DNA from: Eledone cirrhosa | Lineage: Eukaryota | Direction: 5' to 3' | Assembly: GCA_964016885.1 (NCBI GenBank) | Contig: OZ024748.1 | Location: forward strand, 3,162,001 to 3,226,000 | Length of the DNA: 64,000 bases | Shown: piece after piece, positions 1-12,583 of the stretch | Numbering within the stretch: position 1 is the first letter of the stretch | Layout of the letters: every line of letters begins with the position of its first letter | Notes under the pieces: model-generated | Database searches by the model: none | Told to the model about the DNA's origin: nothing | The model's input: the letters and a program-made list of their open reading frames with translations, nothing else | Made by a program: the position numbers and the translations under genes

Positions 1-445
1 TTAAGGAAGCTGAAAGAGGCATTAGTCAAGAAACGAAAAGGGAAACTTCATGGTGGGATCTTGTTTCACCATGACAATGCACCAGCGCATTCTGCGTGGG
101 TTGCAAAAGAAGTTCTTCGAGAATTTAGATGGGAAGTGCTTCCTCACCTGCCTTATAGTCCAGATTTAGCCCCATCAGACTTTTTGCTCTTTCCAAAACT
201 CAAAGAAATGCTAAAAGGAACCCGTTTTAGTGGTGTTGAAGAAGCTAAAAACACTGCCAACACATGGCTTCGAACAAGGCCTTCAACTTTCTTTAGAGAC
301 GGCTTACGAAGCTGGAAACATCGCCTTGTCAAGTGTATTGACCTGGATAGTAACTATGTAGAAAAATAAATTGATGGTAAATCATATTTTTTGAAAAATA
401 GAATATTTTCTGAAAAATTCTGCGAACTTTTTGATTCCCCCCTCG
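1..445 (+). mobile_element. Mariner (DD34D) transposon, 3' part of transposase plus right TIR
   Basis: HHDNAPAH and YSPDLAPSD motifs, stop at 369; terminus ...TTTTTGATTCCCCCCTCG followed by TA, inserted in a (TA)n tract. Confidence 0.9.
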
Positions 446-718
446 TATATATGTTTGTATATATATATGTTTGTATATATATATGTGTTTGTATGTTTGT
501 ATATATATATATATGTGTGTTTGTATATATGTATATATATATATATATATGTTTGTATATATATGTATATATATATATATATATATGTTTGTATATATAT
601 GTATATATATATATATATATGTTTGTATATATATATATATATGTTTGTATGCATTTATATATATGTGTGTGTATGTATTTATGTATATAAATATGTATGT
701 ATATATGTGTGTATATGT
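446..718. repeat. Compound (TA)n/(TG)n microsatellite; many similar tracts occur, e.g. 3100-3420, 3910-4140, 12470-12690, 28740-28830, 29410-29780, 33290-33760
   Basis: Direct inspection; source of the Y/I/H/T-rich pseudo-ORFs. Confidence 0.95.
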
Positions 719-1077
719 CAATCAGTACAATGTACTGACTCCACTTCAATTTGTTTCCTCACAACCTCCGTAAATTTGCATATTGTCATTTTTCACTCAT
801 GGAAATTACCACAACTATCCATGACAGATTTTTTACGTAGATGTTTAAAGTTGGGGATAATCAGGAGAATATTAACCTCAAGCCACACCAACCACACTCC
901 TCATTATTTTGTCACATATTTCTTGACTTATACAGGAATCATCGTCGTCATCATCATTTTTAGATCCGTTTTTCAACACTTGCATGGATTGGACACATCC
1001 TTCTCATCACAACATCTCTCCACTCACCGTGTTCCTTCGTGATCTCCTGCAAATCTCAATGATTTGATGTCAGCTCT

Positions 1078-1635
1078 CACTACCTCTACCCAAGTCTTCC
1101 CTGGTCTACCTCTACTACAGCTTCCCTCAACTCTTACAACCTCTACCCAGGTCTTCCTTGGTCTACCTCTACTACAGCTTCCCTCACCACCTCTACCCAG
1201 TTCTTCCTTGGTCTACCTCTACTACAGCTTTCCTCACCACCTCTACCCAGGTTTTCCTTGGTCTACCTCTACTACAGCTTTCCTCACCACCTCTACCCAG
1301 TTCTTCCTTGGTCTACCTCTACTACAGCTTCCCTCACCACCTCTACCCAGTTCTTCCTTGGTCTACCTCTACTACAGCTTCCCTCACCACCTCTACCCAG
1401 TTCTTCCTTGGTCTACCTCTACTACAGCTTCCCTCACCACCTCTACCCAGTTCTTCCTTGGTCTACCTCTACTACAGCTTCCCTCACCACCTCTACCCAG
1501 TTCTTCCTTGGTCTACCTCTACTACAGCTTCCCTCAGCTCTTAAACCTCTGCCCAAGTCTTCCTTGGTCTACCTCTACTGCAGCTTCCCTCACCAAACCT
1601 GCTCAGGTTTTCCTTGGTCTACCTCTACTGCGGAT
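1078..1635. repeat. 50-bp minisatellite (~10-11 copies) amplified from an antisense RTE-LINE 3' fragment
   Basis: Unit TTCTTCCTTGGTCTACCTCTACTACAGCTTCCCTCACCACCTCTACCCAG; minus strand reads GRPRK.WVEVVR; RTE-like flanks 940-1780. Confidence 0.85.
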
Positions 1636-2145
1636 TCCTTCCACTTTTTCACCCATCAATCATCATCCATGTGCATCACATGTCCATACCAATGCAGTCT
1701 TCTCTCCTGTACACCATCTTTGATTCCTATAAAACCCAGCTTCTCCCTCAGCTAATCCAAGCTCTACCTTTGTCACACTTGCATTGTATATAGATGGTAA
1801 TAAAAAATGAATGTATTTCATTCGAAATATGGTTAACAATAATATATAGTCTTGTAACTTTTGATAAAACCAACCAGCAGGAGGAGAGCCAGGGGTAGAC
1901 TCCGAGTAAGATGGTTGGATAACATCCATTAGCTTGGGGATCCAGCTGGATCAGTTGGAGACGGTTGCTTCTGACAGGATCTGCTGGAAGGAGTGTTTAA
2001 GGACTCTTACTCCATGATCCTCTTAGGAATAAGTGGGCTAAGAAGATGTAACTGTTGATATATTTTCATAATACTACTAACTACTGGCATTGTTGTTTTG
2101 TTACCACTCCTCTCATCTGATGTGGCTCATACACACATATACGTA

Positions 2146-2337
2146 TAATTGTTTCTACTTTTGGCACAAGGCCAGCAATTACCCAGTGCATTACTGGTAC
2201 TTTATTTTATCGACCCCGTAAGGATGAAAGGCAAAGTTAACCTCGGCGGAATTTGAACTCAGATCATAAAGGGACGTAACTCTATGCTACAAAGCATGGC
2301 GTCCGACTCTCTACCGATACTGCCAATCCACCGCCCT
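2146..2337 (-). mobile_element. tRNA-derived SINE family A; further copies ~4465-4655, 15785-15980, 20065-20240, 21530-21930, 27290-27475, 42150-42340, 47630-48960, 60510-60830, 63515-63700
   Basis: B-box-like GAGTTCAAAT; conserved core GCCTTTCATCCTTACGGGGTCGATAAAATAAAGTACCAG; AT-rich tail. Confidence 0.85.
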
Positions 2338-3128
2338 AACACACACATACACATAATACACATATAAACACATATACACAAAATACTATACACACATACA
2401 CAAAATATACATAATACATATTATACACATACACACACATACATATACACAATACACACATCCATACACATAATAATTATAATAATGAAATTATTGTGTA
2501 CACTGCTCAGGTGCACTACAACGCATCAAAGGTGCATGTATAGTACACAGAATAATGTACAAATGTCAGGAAAGTGAACAGTGTATGGGTCATGATATAC
2601 ATGTGTGTGTATGGAGGGGGAATATTAGGTATAGTGTTGGCGAATTTCAGGAAGCATGGAGGTTTTAAAGGATGCAGTGTCTCGACAGCTAACAACTTGA
2701 GATTTAGGATGATATTATTATTAGTATATTGGGTTTCTGGTAATATCCCGAGCGTTGACATATCGTTACTGGTGTCATATAAACAACTATTGTAGTCATC
2801 AATACATGACAATGATGATAGTATATATTATCATGTGTCAAAATCATATGTCGATACAAAAGACCATAGAATAGCTATCATCATCATCATCATCATTTCA
2901 TGTCCGCTTTTGCCTGCTTGCAAGGGTGGGACGGGAACTGATTCTGGCTTGATTTCTACAGCTGGATGCCCTTCCTAACACCAACCTCATTTACAGTGAG
3001 TGCTGGGTGCTTTTTTGCCGTGGCACCTCCACGACCACTTTGCAGTGGAATGATAGGGACTCCAGTCCCTATCATCTCATTTCTACAGCTGAGTAAATAT
3101 TTATATATATATATATATAATATATTTA

Positions 3129-3161
<33 letters not shown>

Positions 3162-3345
3162 ATATATATTTATATATATATATAAATATATATATATAAA
3201 TATATATAAATATATATAAAAATGAAAGGCAGGTTATACGATGCCTGCATACGAACAGCAATGCTGCATGGCAGTGAGACCTGGGCATTGTGTGCATATA
3301 TATATATATACACATATATATATATATACACATATATATATATAT

Positions 3346-3396
<51 letters not shown>

Positions 3397-3418
3397 TATA
3401 TATATACATACACATATA

Positions 3419-3832
3419 TGGGAGAGGCTGAAGGAACTGAACCTCTACTCCTTGGAGCGAAGACGGGAGAGATACGCAGTGATCTACATGTGGAAAATCC
3501 TGGAGGGACTAGCACCAAACTTTGGCATTGGGAGCTGGACCAACCGTCGAACAGGACGTCACTGTGTGGTGCCAAAGGTCCCGTCTTCCACATCTAGAAT
3601 AAGGAGCAGGTATTGCAATAGCCTGGGATTCAAGGGCCCTCAACTCTTCAACAGGCTGCCGAGGCATCTGCGAGACTTGCATGACGTGGAGGTGGATGTC
3701 TTTAAGAAACATCTCGACACCTTGTTATCCAGGATCCCGGATGAGCCCACAGCAAGACACGAGGGAAACCTAAGGGCAGCAGCAACAAACTCCCTCCTAC
3801 ACCAGTGGCCAACCTATACAGGCTGGAGATAA
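3419..3832 (+). mobile_element. CR1/L2-group LINE ORF2 3' fragment
   Basis: [18 protein letters not shown]...GPQLFNRLP..LR....VDVFKKHLD, typical CR1-group C-terminus. Confidence 0.85.
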
Positions 3833-3916
3833 AATGTGTAGCAACAAGGGCGGTGCCCCAGCATGGCCTCAGCCGGATGGCTGAAACAGGTAAAAGAGTA
3901 AAAGAGTAATATATAC

Positions 3917-3973
<57 letters not shown>

Positions 3974-4058
3974 TATATATATATATACACATATATATAT
4001 ATATATATACACATATATATATATATATATACACATATATATATATATATATATACAC

Positions 4059-4091
<33 letters not shown>

Positions 4092-4310
4092 TATATATAT
4101 ATATACACACATATATATATATATATATACACATATATCATCATCATCATCAGGTTTAGCGTCCGTGTTCCACGCTTGCATGGGTTTGGACGGGGGTTTT
4201 CCCACTTGAGGCAAGAGTGGTTGTCTTGCTCGCATAGGACTGTCTGGCGGGTTTTCTACAGTTGGATGCCCTTCCTAACACCAACCACATTTACAGTGTG
4301 GGGCTGTGTG

Positions 4311-4370
<60 letters not shown>

Positions 4371-4859
4371 TATATAATGTAGTATTGTCAGGGTTTTAAA
4401 ATAATAGCTAAAATCTAATTTTAAAAATAAATACCAATTTCTTTCTTGTATAAGTAAAAGTAATAATTGTTTCTACTTTTGGCACAAGGCCAGCAAATAC
4501 CCAGTGCATTACTGGTACTTTATTTTATCGACCTCGTAAGGATGAAAGGCAAAGTTAACCTCGGCGGGATTTGAACTCAGAATATAAAGGGTCATAACTC
4601 TATGCTACAAAGCATGGCATCTGACGCTCTACCGATACTGCCAATCCACCGCCCTTAGTACACCAATAATACAGGCAAATTTAGTATAAAACTCTCTTTA
4701 TTTTTATTTTTACTTCTTAAAAGAAAAAACTATTTATGAGTCCATTTCCAAGCAAACAAATGAAAAAGAAATTGTAAAGCTATGAAAAAGCCAACAAACT
4801 GTTAACTCTTTCAATTCAGCTACAAAGCAAATTGAGGGTAATTGATAAAGCTGGAGATA

Positions 4860-4977
4860 TCAATGATGGAACTGGGTGGAACTCTTGTATTCTGGGTGAT
4901 GCATCAGGCAAGGGACGAATTCCGAAGATTTCATTTTCCTCTGACATATCAAATGGACAGCAATAAATAACGGGTAC
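4860..4977 (-). CDS. GPD1: GPD1 exon 9, terminal (YPLFIAVHLIC...HHPEYKSSTQFHH*)
   Basis: 118 nt including TGA; PLF.AV..IC and HPE motifs; summed CDS 1071 nt = 356 aa + stop. Confidence 0.93.
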
Positions 4978-5664
4978 CTGAAAAAAATGTTTGAATATAG
5001 ATTTGTTTAATATGATAATCAATAATCAATAATATAAGACTGCTGTAGTGTGTATTCAGTACAGGATATTGGTGTTAAATATCAATAATATAGGTATGAC
5101 TGCTGTAGAGTGTATTCAGTAAGGCTTCTGTAGCGTGTATTCAATATAGGATATTGGTGTTCAATACAGTAGTCAATCATCATCATCATCATCACTGTTT
5201 AACGTCTTACTTTTTCCATATTTGCATGAGTTAGACAGGTTGTCTAAGTTATGTAGCATGTCAGGCTAGGTGGCTTCACCATACCTTGCTCAAACGGAAC
5301 TGTATTTTGACCATTTGGTTTCTATAGCTAGATGCCCTTCCTAACCCCCAAACACGTTTACAGTGTGTAACTGAGTGGTCCTGTTATGACGAATGTCTAA
5401 CTAGTTGGCCACACCGTACCCTGCTTATAGCAGATTCGTGTTTAGGGGCTGGGTGGACCTGTTATGTGCAAAGTCAGGCTGATTGGACATGTCGAACCTT
5501 GCTTATAGTGGAACCTGTGTTCTGGCTGGGTTTTTTACAGCTGCTGGATACCAGACCCTCCTCAAACTTTCTCCAGTTAAGGAAAATCACTATATATTTA
5601 AGTACAGTGAAATTACATTATAACAAAATTCATGGAGTATAAAATAAAAATTTTTATAATAATA

Positions 5665-6070
5665 ATAATAATGAAATTATTGTGTACACTGCTCAGGTGC
5701 ACTACAACTCATCAAAGGTGCATGTATAGTACATAGAATAATGTACAAATGTCAGGAAAGTGAACAGTGTACGAGTCATGAAATACGTGTGTGTGTGTGT
5801 GTGTGTGTGTATGGAGGGGGGACATCAGGTATAGTGTTGGCGAATCTCAGGAAGCATGGAGGTTTTAAAGGATGCAGTGTCCCAATAGCTAACAACTGAT
5901 GCAGGTAGTTTGTTCCATGCTTCAGCGAATCTGAGCGTGAAAAAATGTTTCCGAAAGTCATGGGAGCTGTGCTGTTTTCTAACTTTGTAGGCATGCCCAC
6001 GTGTGTTAAACACATGGAAATCAAAAAGGTGCTCTGGGTTGTTGTTGGCAAGATGGTTAATAATTTGTTG
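5665..6070 (-). mobile_element. CR1 LINE 3' end; related ends at ~2480-2700, 14100-14290, 24950-25060
   Basis: TRGH..K......D.RKHFF..R....WNKLP motif and shared 3' UTR. Confidence 0.85.
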
Positions 6071-6328
6071 TAATGAAAAATTCTTTATAACGAGATCAAC
6101 TAAAACACATCGAGTGTGTGGCTGGGAATTTTAAAAATTTCATTATATTGAAAAATTTGGTATAATGGTATTCGTTATAACGGAATTTTATCTGTATTTA
6201 TTTTTAGAACAATACCTTAACACAAGTATGAGCAGCTGGTTACAGCTGATTTGAACAGAAAGGGGTGAGAAAATTCTGGCTGGATATGGCCAGTTTAAAT
6301 GCTAAAGGGTTAATTAAGTTTCACTTAC

Positions 6329-6435
6329 TTGTCTGCCATCTTTTTCATTTTCAAAATGTCATAGACAGACTTCGCTACTAATGGTCCTTGAAAACTTTGC
6401 CCTTTTAAAATTTCTTCCTCCAGTTCAGCTAGACT
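6329..6435 (-). CDS. GPD1: GPD1 exon 8 (SLAELEEEILKGQSFQGP...)
   Basis: 107 nt, AG/GTAAGT bounded; LE.E.L.GQ..QG motif. Confidence 0.93.
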
Positions 6436-6465
6436 CTATATAAAAAAGATCAGAATGTTTTATAG

Positions 6466-6681
6466 TTAACTCTTTAGCATTTACATTACTCTATATTTAC
6501 TATTATATTTTCATGGTAAAGCCTTTACGTCACATAATATCAAATCTATGATATTTTGATATTATTTATTTTGAGAACAATACCTTAACATCAGTATGAG
6601 TGACCAGTTACAGCTGGTTTGAACAGAAAGAGGTGAGAGAATTCTGGCCAATTAAGGCTGGTTTAAATGTTAAAGGGTTAA
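6466..6681. mobile_element. piggyBac-like ~215-bp MITE; copies at 6210-6313, 7892-8110, 9600-10227, 11420-11585, 19446-19661, 32707-32905, 57357-57553, 61665-61850, 62430-62640
   Basis: TTAA flanks and TIR CCCTTTAGCATTTA...TAAATGCTAAAGGG; non-coding. Confidence 0.85.
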
Positions 6682-7599
6682 AAAACATTAATACATAACT
6701 AATTCATTGTTTTACAGAGTCGGTGTGATATTCACTTGCTTCACCAAACCATAACATATCTATGTTTGTGGAATAAACTGCACCCAAACACACACTGCAG
6801 CCAACCTCACCATATATAATCTATATAGGTGCATGTCTTAGCAGTGGGCTTGCAATTGAGAGGTTGGGAGTTTGATTCTCAGACCGAGTGATGCATTGTG
6901 TCCTTGAGAAAAATACTTTATTTCACGTTGCTCCAGTTTACTCAGCTGTAGTAATGGTGCCAAGCTGTATCAGCCATTGCCTTTGCCTTGGACAACATCG
7001 GTGGAGTGAAGAGGGGAGACCAATATGCATGGGTGACTGCTGGTCTTCCACAACCTTCCCCGGACTTGTACCTCAACTTTCTAGATGCAAATTACATGGT
7101 CATTTGTGACTAACGAGGGCCTAGGAATATATACATCATCATCATCATCACTGTTTTACATCCATTCTTCCACGCTAGCAGGGGTTAGACAGGTTGTCCT
7201 TTTGTGGGCAATGCCAGGTTGGGTGACCTTGTCCTGCTCATACAGAACTGATTTGGGCTTGATTTCTACAGCTGGATGCCCTTCCTAACACCAACCTCAT
7301 TTACAGTGAGTACTGGGTGCTTTTTACCGTGGCGCCAACACAACCACTTTACAGAGGGATGGGGGTGGGGGCATACTGTCTATATGCTTCAGCTTTGGCT
7401 TGTACCTGTGGGTCTTCTGTATTACTGCGTAACACCAGAGGTCTCGGTCCAGTGTCATCGCCTTTGAGAGGTGCAATTGGATAAGACACAAATGATAATT
7501 ATTTTACTCTTCACTAATACATAAATCAATAAGGAGAAACTGTAAATATATATAATCAAGACATCCTCAATAGAGATAATTATAAATAAAATAGATTAC

Positions 7600-7709
7600 C
7601 TTATTAGTGCAGACAAGAGCCACTCCTAATTTCCTATTACGTCCTCCTTGACAGGTTGTGATGAGATCAGCCAGGCCGCAACTTTCAAAATATACCCTTA
7701 GGTTTGACT
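7600..7709 (-). CDS. GPD1: GPD1 exon 7 (...[20 protein letters not shown]...)
   Basis: 110 nt, AG/GT bounded; ESCG.ADLITTC.GGRN substrate-binding motif. Confidence 0.95.
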
Positions 7710-8645
7710 CTAAAAATGAAGGAAACAATCTATTACAGTACATACAGTTCTGTATGAGCAGGATATAGTCACCTGACCCAACTTGCCTCAAATGTAACAA
7801 CCTGTCTAACCCATGCTAGCATGGAAGGTGGACATTAAACAACGATGATGGTGACATCTCTACATTTATAAACAAAACCAAATAATGGTATTTAACCCTT
7901 TAGAATTTACATTACTCCATATTTACTATTGTATTTTCACGATAAACACTTTATCTCACATAATTATCCCACATAATATCGAATTTACGAGATTTTGATA
8001 TGATTTATTTTGAGAACAATGCCTTAACATCAGTATGAGTGGCCAGTTAAGGCTGGTTTGAACAGAATGAGGTGAGAGAATTCTGGCCGGTTTAAATGCT
8101 AAAGGGTTAATTGTTAAATATCTTTCATGCTGGGGTCAACATGGTCAACTAAATCCCTTTAAAACTTTTCAAACCAATCCATCTAAAACCAACTCTAGTT
8201 CTAAGTAAAAAGCCAACTATTTTAAAGGATCCTATTTAGATTATAGTTTTTCAACATAACTTTATATAAGAGCCATCATTATCATCATCATCATTTAACG
8301 TCCATTTTCCACACTAGCATGGGTTAGATGGGTTACCCAGTTTGAGGCAAGTCGGGTCAGGTAACCTTGTCTTGCTCACACAGAACTGTATCAAGTTAGG
8401 TTTCTATGACTGGATGCTCTTCCTAATGCCAACCACAGTTACAGTGTGTTAAGTTACTCATTTAGTAATGAAAGAATGAATAATTTTAGTAAATGCCTAA
8501 AAATTCTTCATTTATTGAGATAGTGTATGTTATTAGAAATACAGTTCTGAGAGTGTTATGGCTGTTCCCAAGCATAGCCACAGTTTAAAACAAGTAAAAG
8601 AATATAAAAAAAACACCATTTACTTTAATAAAAGCAGAACAATAC

Positions 8646-8766
8646 CTTTAAAGAAGAAACTAATAAATTCTATCATTTCCAGCATGCCAAGTCTGATTAT
8701 TGCTGCCTTAGTGTTGTTTCCAAAGTTATGACCATCTGCAATTCCTGCTCCAACAGCTACAATATT
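8646..8766 (-). CDS. GPD1: GPD1 exon 6 ([31 protein letters not shown]...)
   Basis: 121 nt, AG/GT bounded; NIVA..G..DG...G.NTKAA signature. Confidence 0.95.
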
Positions 8767-9442
8767 CTGTAGAGAATAGAACAATAAAATGTCTGACTGA
8801 ATTACACAGCTTTTTTTTCACAAACAATTCTTTTCTATTCCTTCCTCTTCTCACCCTCCTCTATCTTTCTATTTCATCTTTTATTTCTCATTCTATCTTC
8901 TGATGAAGGACTAGTGTCCAAAACGTTAAGACTCTTTTCCTACTATATCAAGTATTAAACAAATATATTTCTTCATTGTACTGCCTCCATGACCTCTCAA
9001 GAAATAGTGGGCCAAGAACAACAACTACAATGAGAAAGAGGTAATTCATAGTGTTGTTTTGTACTTTTTAAGAATGTCTTGTTAATGAGGTTTCATGTGG
9101 TAGAGGATGTTTAGAGTTAACATAATGTGTCCTGTAAAATAATGCCAGAACCAACTTAACTTGTTGACTGCCACATATATTTTACACAGCTACAGTTGCA
9201 GTGCTAGGTTTATTTTCAGTAAAATGACTATTTTCATTGACAAACATCACATCAATAAACTAGTAACCCCATCTAGCTTTAAAGTTATGACCTGTTGGAA
9301 ACGAGTTCATAACTTTGAAGTTATGAACTGTTGAAAACAAGTTCAAACATGTTATGACGAGTTATCTTGTCCATGGCACTAAAAGAGGTTAAAGGACAGT
9401 TCAATTAATTAAAAAACTCCTCTGAAGGTATACTTTGTTTAC

Positions 9443-9555
9443 CTTTAGAGCTCCACAAGCTTCAACTGTTGCACAATCTTCTACAACTGAGCATCGGAAA
9501 TAATTCATGTCAAACAAACTTTTCAATATAAGACCGGTTTCCTTTTTTTTCGCAC
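9443..9555 (-). CDS. GPD1: GPD1 exon 5 (...YFRCSVVEDCATVEACGALK)
   Basis: 113 nt, AG/GT bounded; catalytic Lys in GALK. Confidence 0.95.
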
Positions 9556-9609
9556 CTGAAAATAAAACATTTTTTAATTGGTTCCTTTTTCCTCACATTT
9601 AATAAACTC

Positions 9610-10085
9610 TTTAGCATTTACATTATATATACTATTATATTTTCATGGTAAAGGCTTTATCTCGTATAGCATTTACATTACACTATATTTACTATTGTAT
9701 TTTCATGGTAAACACTTTATCTCACATATTAACTCACATAACATTTACATTACTCTATATTGTATTTTCACAGTAAACACTTTATCTCACATAATATCTC
9801 ACATAACATTTACATTACTCCATATTTTCACAGTAAACACTTTATCTCACATATTATCTCACATAACATTTACATTACTCTATATTTACTATTGTATTTT
9901 CACAGTAAATACTTTATCTCACATAATTATCTCACATAACATTTACATTACTCTATATTTACTATTGTATTTTCACAGTAAACACTTTATCTCACATAAT
10001 TATCTAACATAACATTTACATTACTCTATATATACTATTGTATTTTCACAGTAAATACTTTATCTCACATAATTATCTAACATAA
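9610..10085. repeat. Internal tandem amplification (~50-60-bp units) inside the piggyBac-like MITE
   Basis: Repeated ACATTTACATTACTCTATATTTACTATTGTATTTTCACAGTAAA...CTCACATA. Confidence 0.85.
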
Positions 10086-11094
10086 TATCGAAGCTACGAG
10101 ATTTTGACGTTATTTATTTTGAGAACAATACCTTAACATAAGTATGAGTGGCTGATTGTGGCTGGTTTGAACAGAAAGGTGAGAGAATTCTGGCTCAATA
10201 CGGCCAGTTTAAATGCTAAAGGGTTAATTCTATTTCTCAGTGGTTTTGTTTATTTTTTTTTTTAAATTAAACATTTTTTTTTTTGTTATATATATTTTTC
10301 TACCTTTGTTTGCTTTGAAGAATAATTTTCAAATTCTAAGGGAACATTTAATTCTTTGAGTACCAGTACCATTTTTTGTTGTATTTTACAGTTCCTGGGT
10401 TGGGATTTCATGTTAATTTTTGCATTTAAAAAAAAAAAAAAAAAAAAAAAGAGTTAATTAAATTTTTTTTTTTTTTTTTTTATATTTAGACTTTGATTAA
10501 ATTTGCTTTAATTACTTTGTCTGGGCTTGTGTTCCACATATACATCTTTGGTACACATTGGATCAGAGCAAAAACATTCCAATTACAGAGTGTCTTTTGG
10601 CACTCAAAGAGTTAAGCAAATTAATTCAGTAATTGTAATTACTCAGTAATCAGAGATAATTAACAAACTGTAGCTATTTCTCACATATAACAATAAATTG
10701 CCCAACATACCAACTAACCCCAAAATTATAAGACAAAAGTAAAATAATTCTGCCATGTACTCCTATGAAAGAGGTGGTAGGTGGGTAATATTCATTTTCT
10801 TTATTTTGAAATGGTTACTATATAAAGAAAAGTTTATATATTTTTTTTTAATGGAAAGCAGCTAAATGTCAGATTGAACAAAAGGAAATTATGTTACTAT
10901 TTATCTTTCTATTGCTGTTACTATCTGGCAGAAATGTCACTGATTTTCTGCTGATAAGAGGCAAGATTTGAACTCAGAATTCACAGAGCCAGAACTAGCT
11001 GTTGAAATGGCAAGAACTAAGCCACCGGGTCCTGACTCTTTATAACATAATTCCAACCCACCCATCCCCTCAATCTATCTTATTTCTCATTCTT

Positions 11095-11130
11095 TCTTCT
11101 GATGAAGGACTAGCATCCGAAACGTTAAGA
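11095..11130 (+). ncRNA. Minimal hammerhead motif; mutated sister copy at 8896-8931
   Basis: TCTT-CTGATGA-AGGA/TCC-GAAA-CG-TT-AAGA; palindromic AACGTT in place of helix III. Confidence 0.55.
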
Positions 11131-12141
11131 TCCTGCTATTTCAAGCATTAACCTAATATATTCCTTCCATATACTGTACCGATTGTGTTATTTCTGTTTA
11201 CTTTTTACACACACACACACATATGTGTGTGTGATTCCTGGACTAGGAAGTGTGTTCTTGTGTGAAATGCTTCATTTTATAATTCTTTTTCTAATAGACT
11301 GTAAGCTCAAAGAGACCAACTAAACCTGTATAGCTGAGAACTATTTTCATTTGGTTCATAGGGAAATGTATCTCAAATCAAGCCTTACAACTAGGACAAG
11401 GATATAGTCATTGCCAGCTGTTAACCCATTAGTATTTAAACTGACCATATCCGGCCAGAATTCTCTCACCTCTCTGTTCAAACTGGCTGTATTCAGCCAC
11501 TCATATTTATGTTAAGGTATTTTTCTCAAAATAAATAATATCAAAATGCCAATAGATTCAATATTATGTGAGGTAAAGGATTAATACAAGATATATTTAG
11601 GAGTTGCCATATCTTTGTTCCAATAAGATAATCTTATTTGTTTATTTTATTCCTTCTATCTTAACAACATATCCTGTTCGACATGTGTGCAGGACATGTA
11701 TACAGGAAAAAAATTTGTTTTTCACCAACCTTCAAATACACAACTGTCCTACAGCAGTTATTTACTCAAACTGTTTTTATGAATGTTGTTTCTCTTTTGT
11801 ACACTACATTTCATTCTTTTTAATACCCAGTTTTTTCTCTCAGTTCTGACCTGTTTTATTGTTTATATACACTAGCATTACAAATCCTCAATTTATCTTT
11901 TTCTAGCTTTTACATATCTTCTAATGTGCGTGTGTGTATCACCCATTTTAAAGGTTTCCACTTTAAATTAAAGTCGTCTTCTTCACCCACTTATTTCCGA
12001 GAGGGTCGTGGGGACAGAGTCCTCTACTCTGTAACTTCCCTGATGTTTGTCATGTCTCTTCTCCTGTAATGTGATGTGTGTGTATATATATATGTGTGTG
12101 TATATATATATATATGTGGATGGATATGTGTGTGTGTATAT

Positions 12142-12475
12142 GGAGGCACATGGCTTAGTGGTTAGAGCATTGGCCTTGCAATCGAAAGGTTGTGAGTTCA
12201 ATTCTCAGACCGGGTGATGTGTTGTTTCCTTGAGCAAGACACTTTATTTCACATTGCTCCAGTTTACTCAGCTGTAGAAATGAAATGATAGGGACTGGGG
12301 TCCCTATCATTCCACTGCAAAGTGGTTGTGGAGGTGCCACGGCAAAAAAAGCACCCAGCACTCACTGTAAATGAGGTTGGTGTTAGGAAGGGCATCCAGC
12401 TGTAGAAATCAAGCCAGCATCAGTTCCCGTCCCACCCTTGCAAGCAGGGAAAAGCGGACGTAAAATGAAATGATG
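12142..12475 (+). mobile_element. tRNA-derived composite SINE family B with RTE-type tail; copies 31047-31438(-), 35889-36275(+), 59220-59601(-), partial 2880-3097
   Basis: A/B boxes (TGGCTTAGTGG, GAGTTCAATTC); CORE-like CCTTGAGCAAGACACTT segment; tail ending in (ATG)n. Confidence 0.85.
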
Positions 12476-12538
12476 ATATATATATATATGTGTGTGTGTG
12501 TATATATATATGTGTGTGTGTATATATGTGGATGTATA

Positions 12539-12583
<45 letters not shown>

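Noticed and set aside
329-1042. Many overlapping Y/I/H/T/C/V-rich ORFs here and at 3154-4150, 12409-12753, 29275-29896, 33226-33765, 35458-35852
   Set aside because: Translations of (TA)/(TG) microsatellites lacking stop codons
4816-5022. ORF-track protein overlapping GPD1 last exon
   Set aside because: Wrong frame; the spliced frame gives the conserved PLF.AV..IC...HPE C-terminus
12142-12215. tRNA-like sequences with A/B boxes
   Set aside because: Heads of SINEs continuing into conserved SINE bodies; no complete cloverleaf
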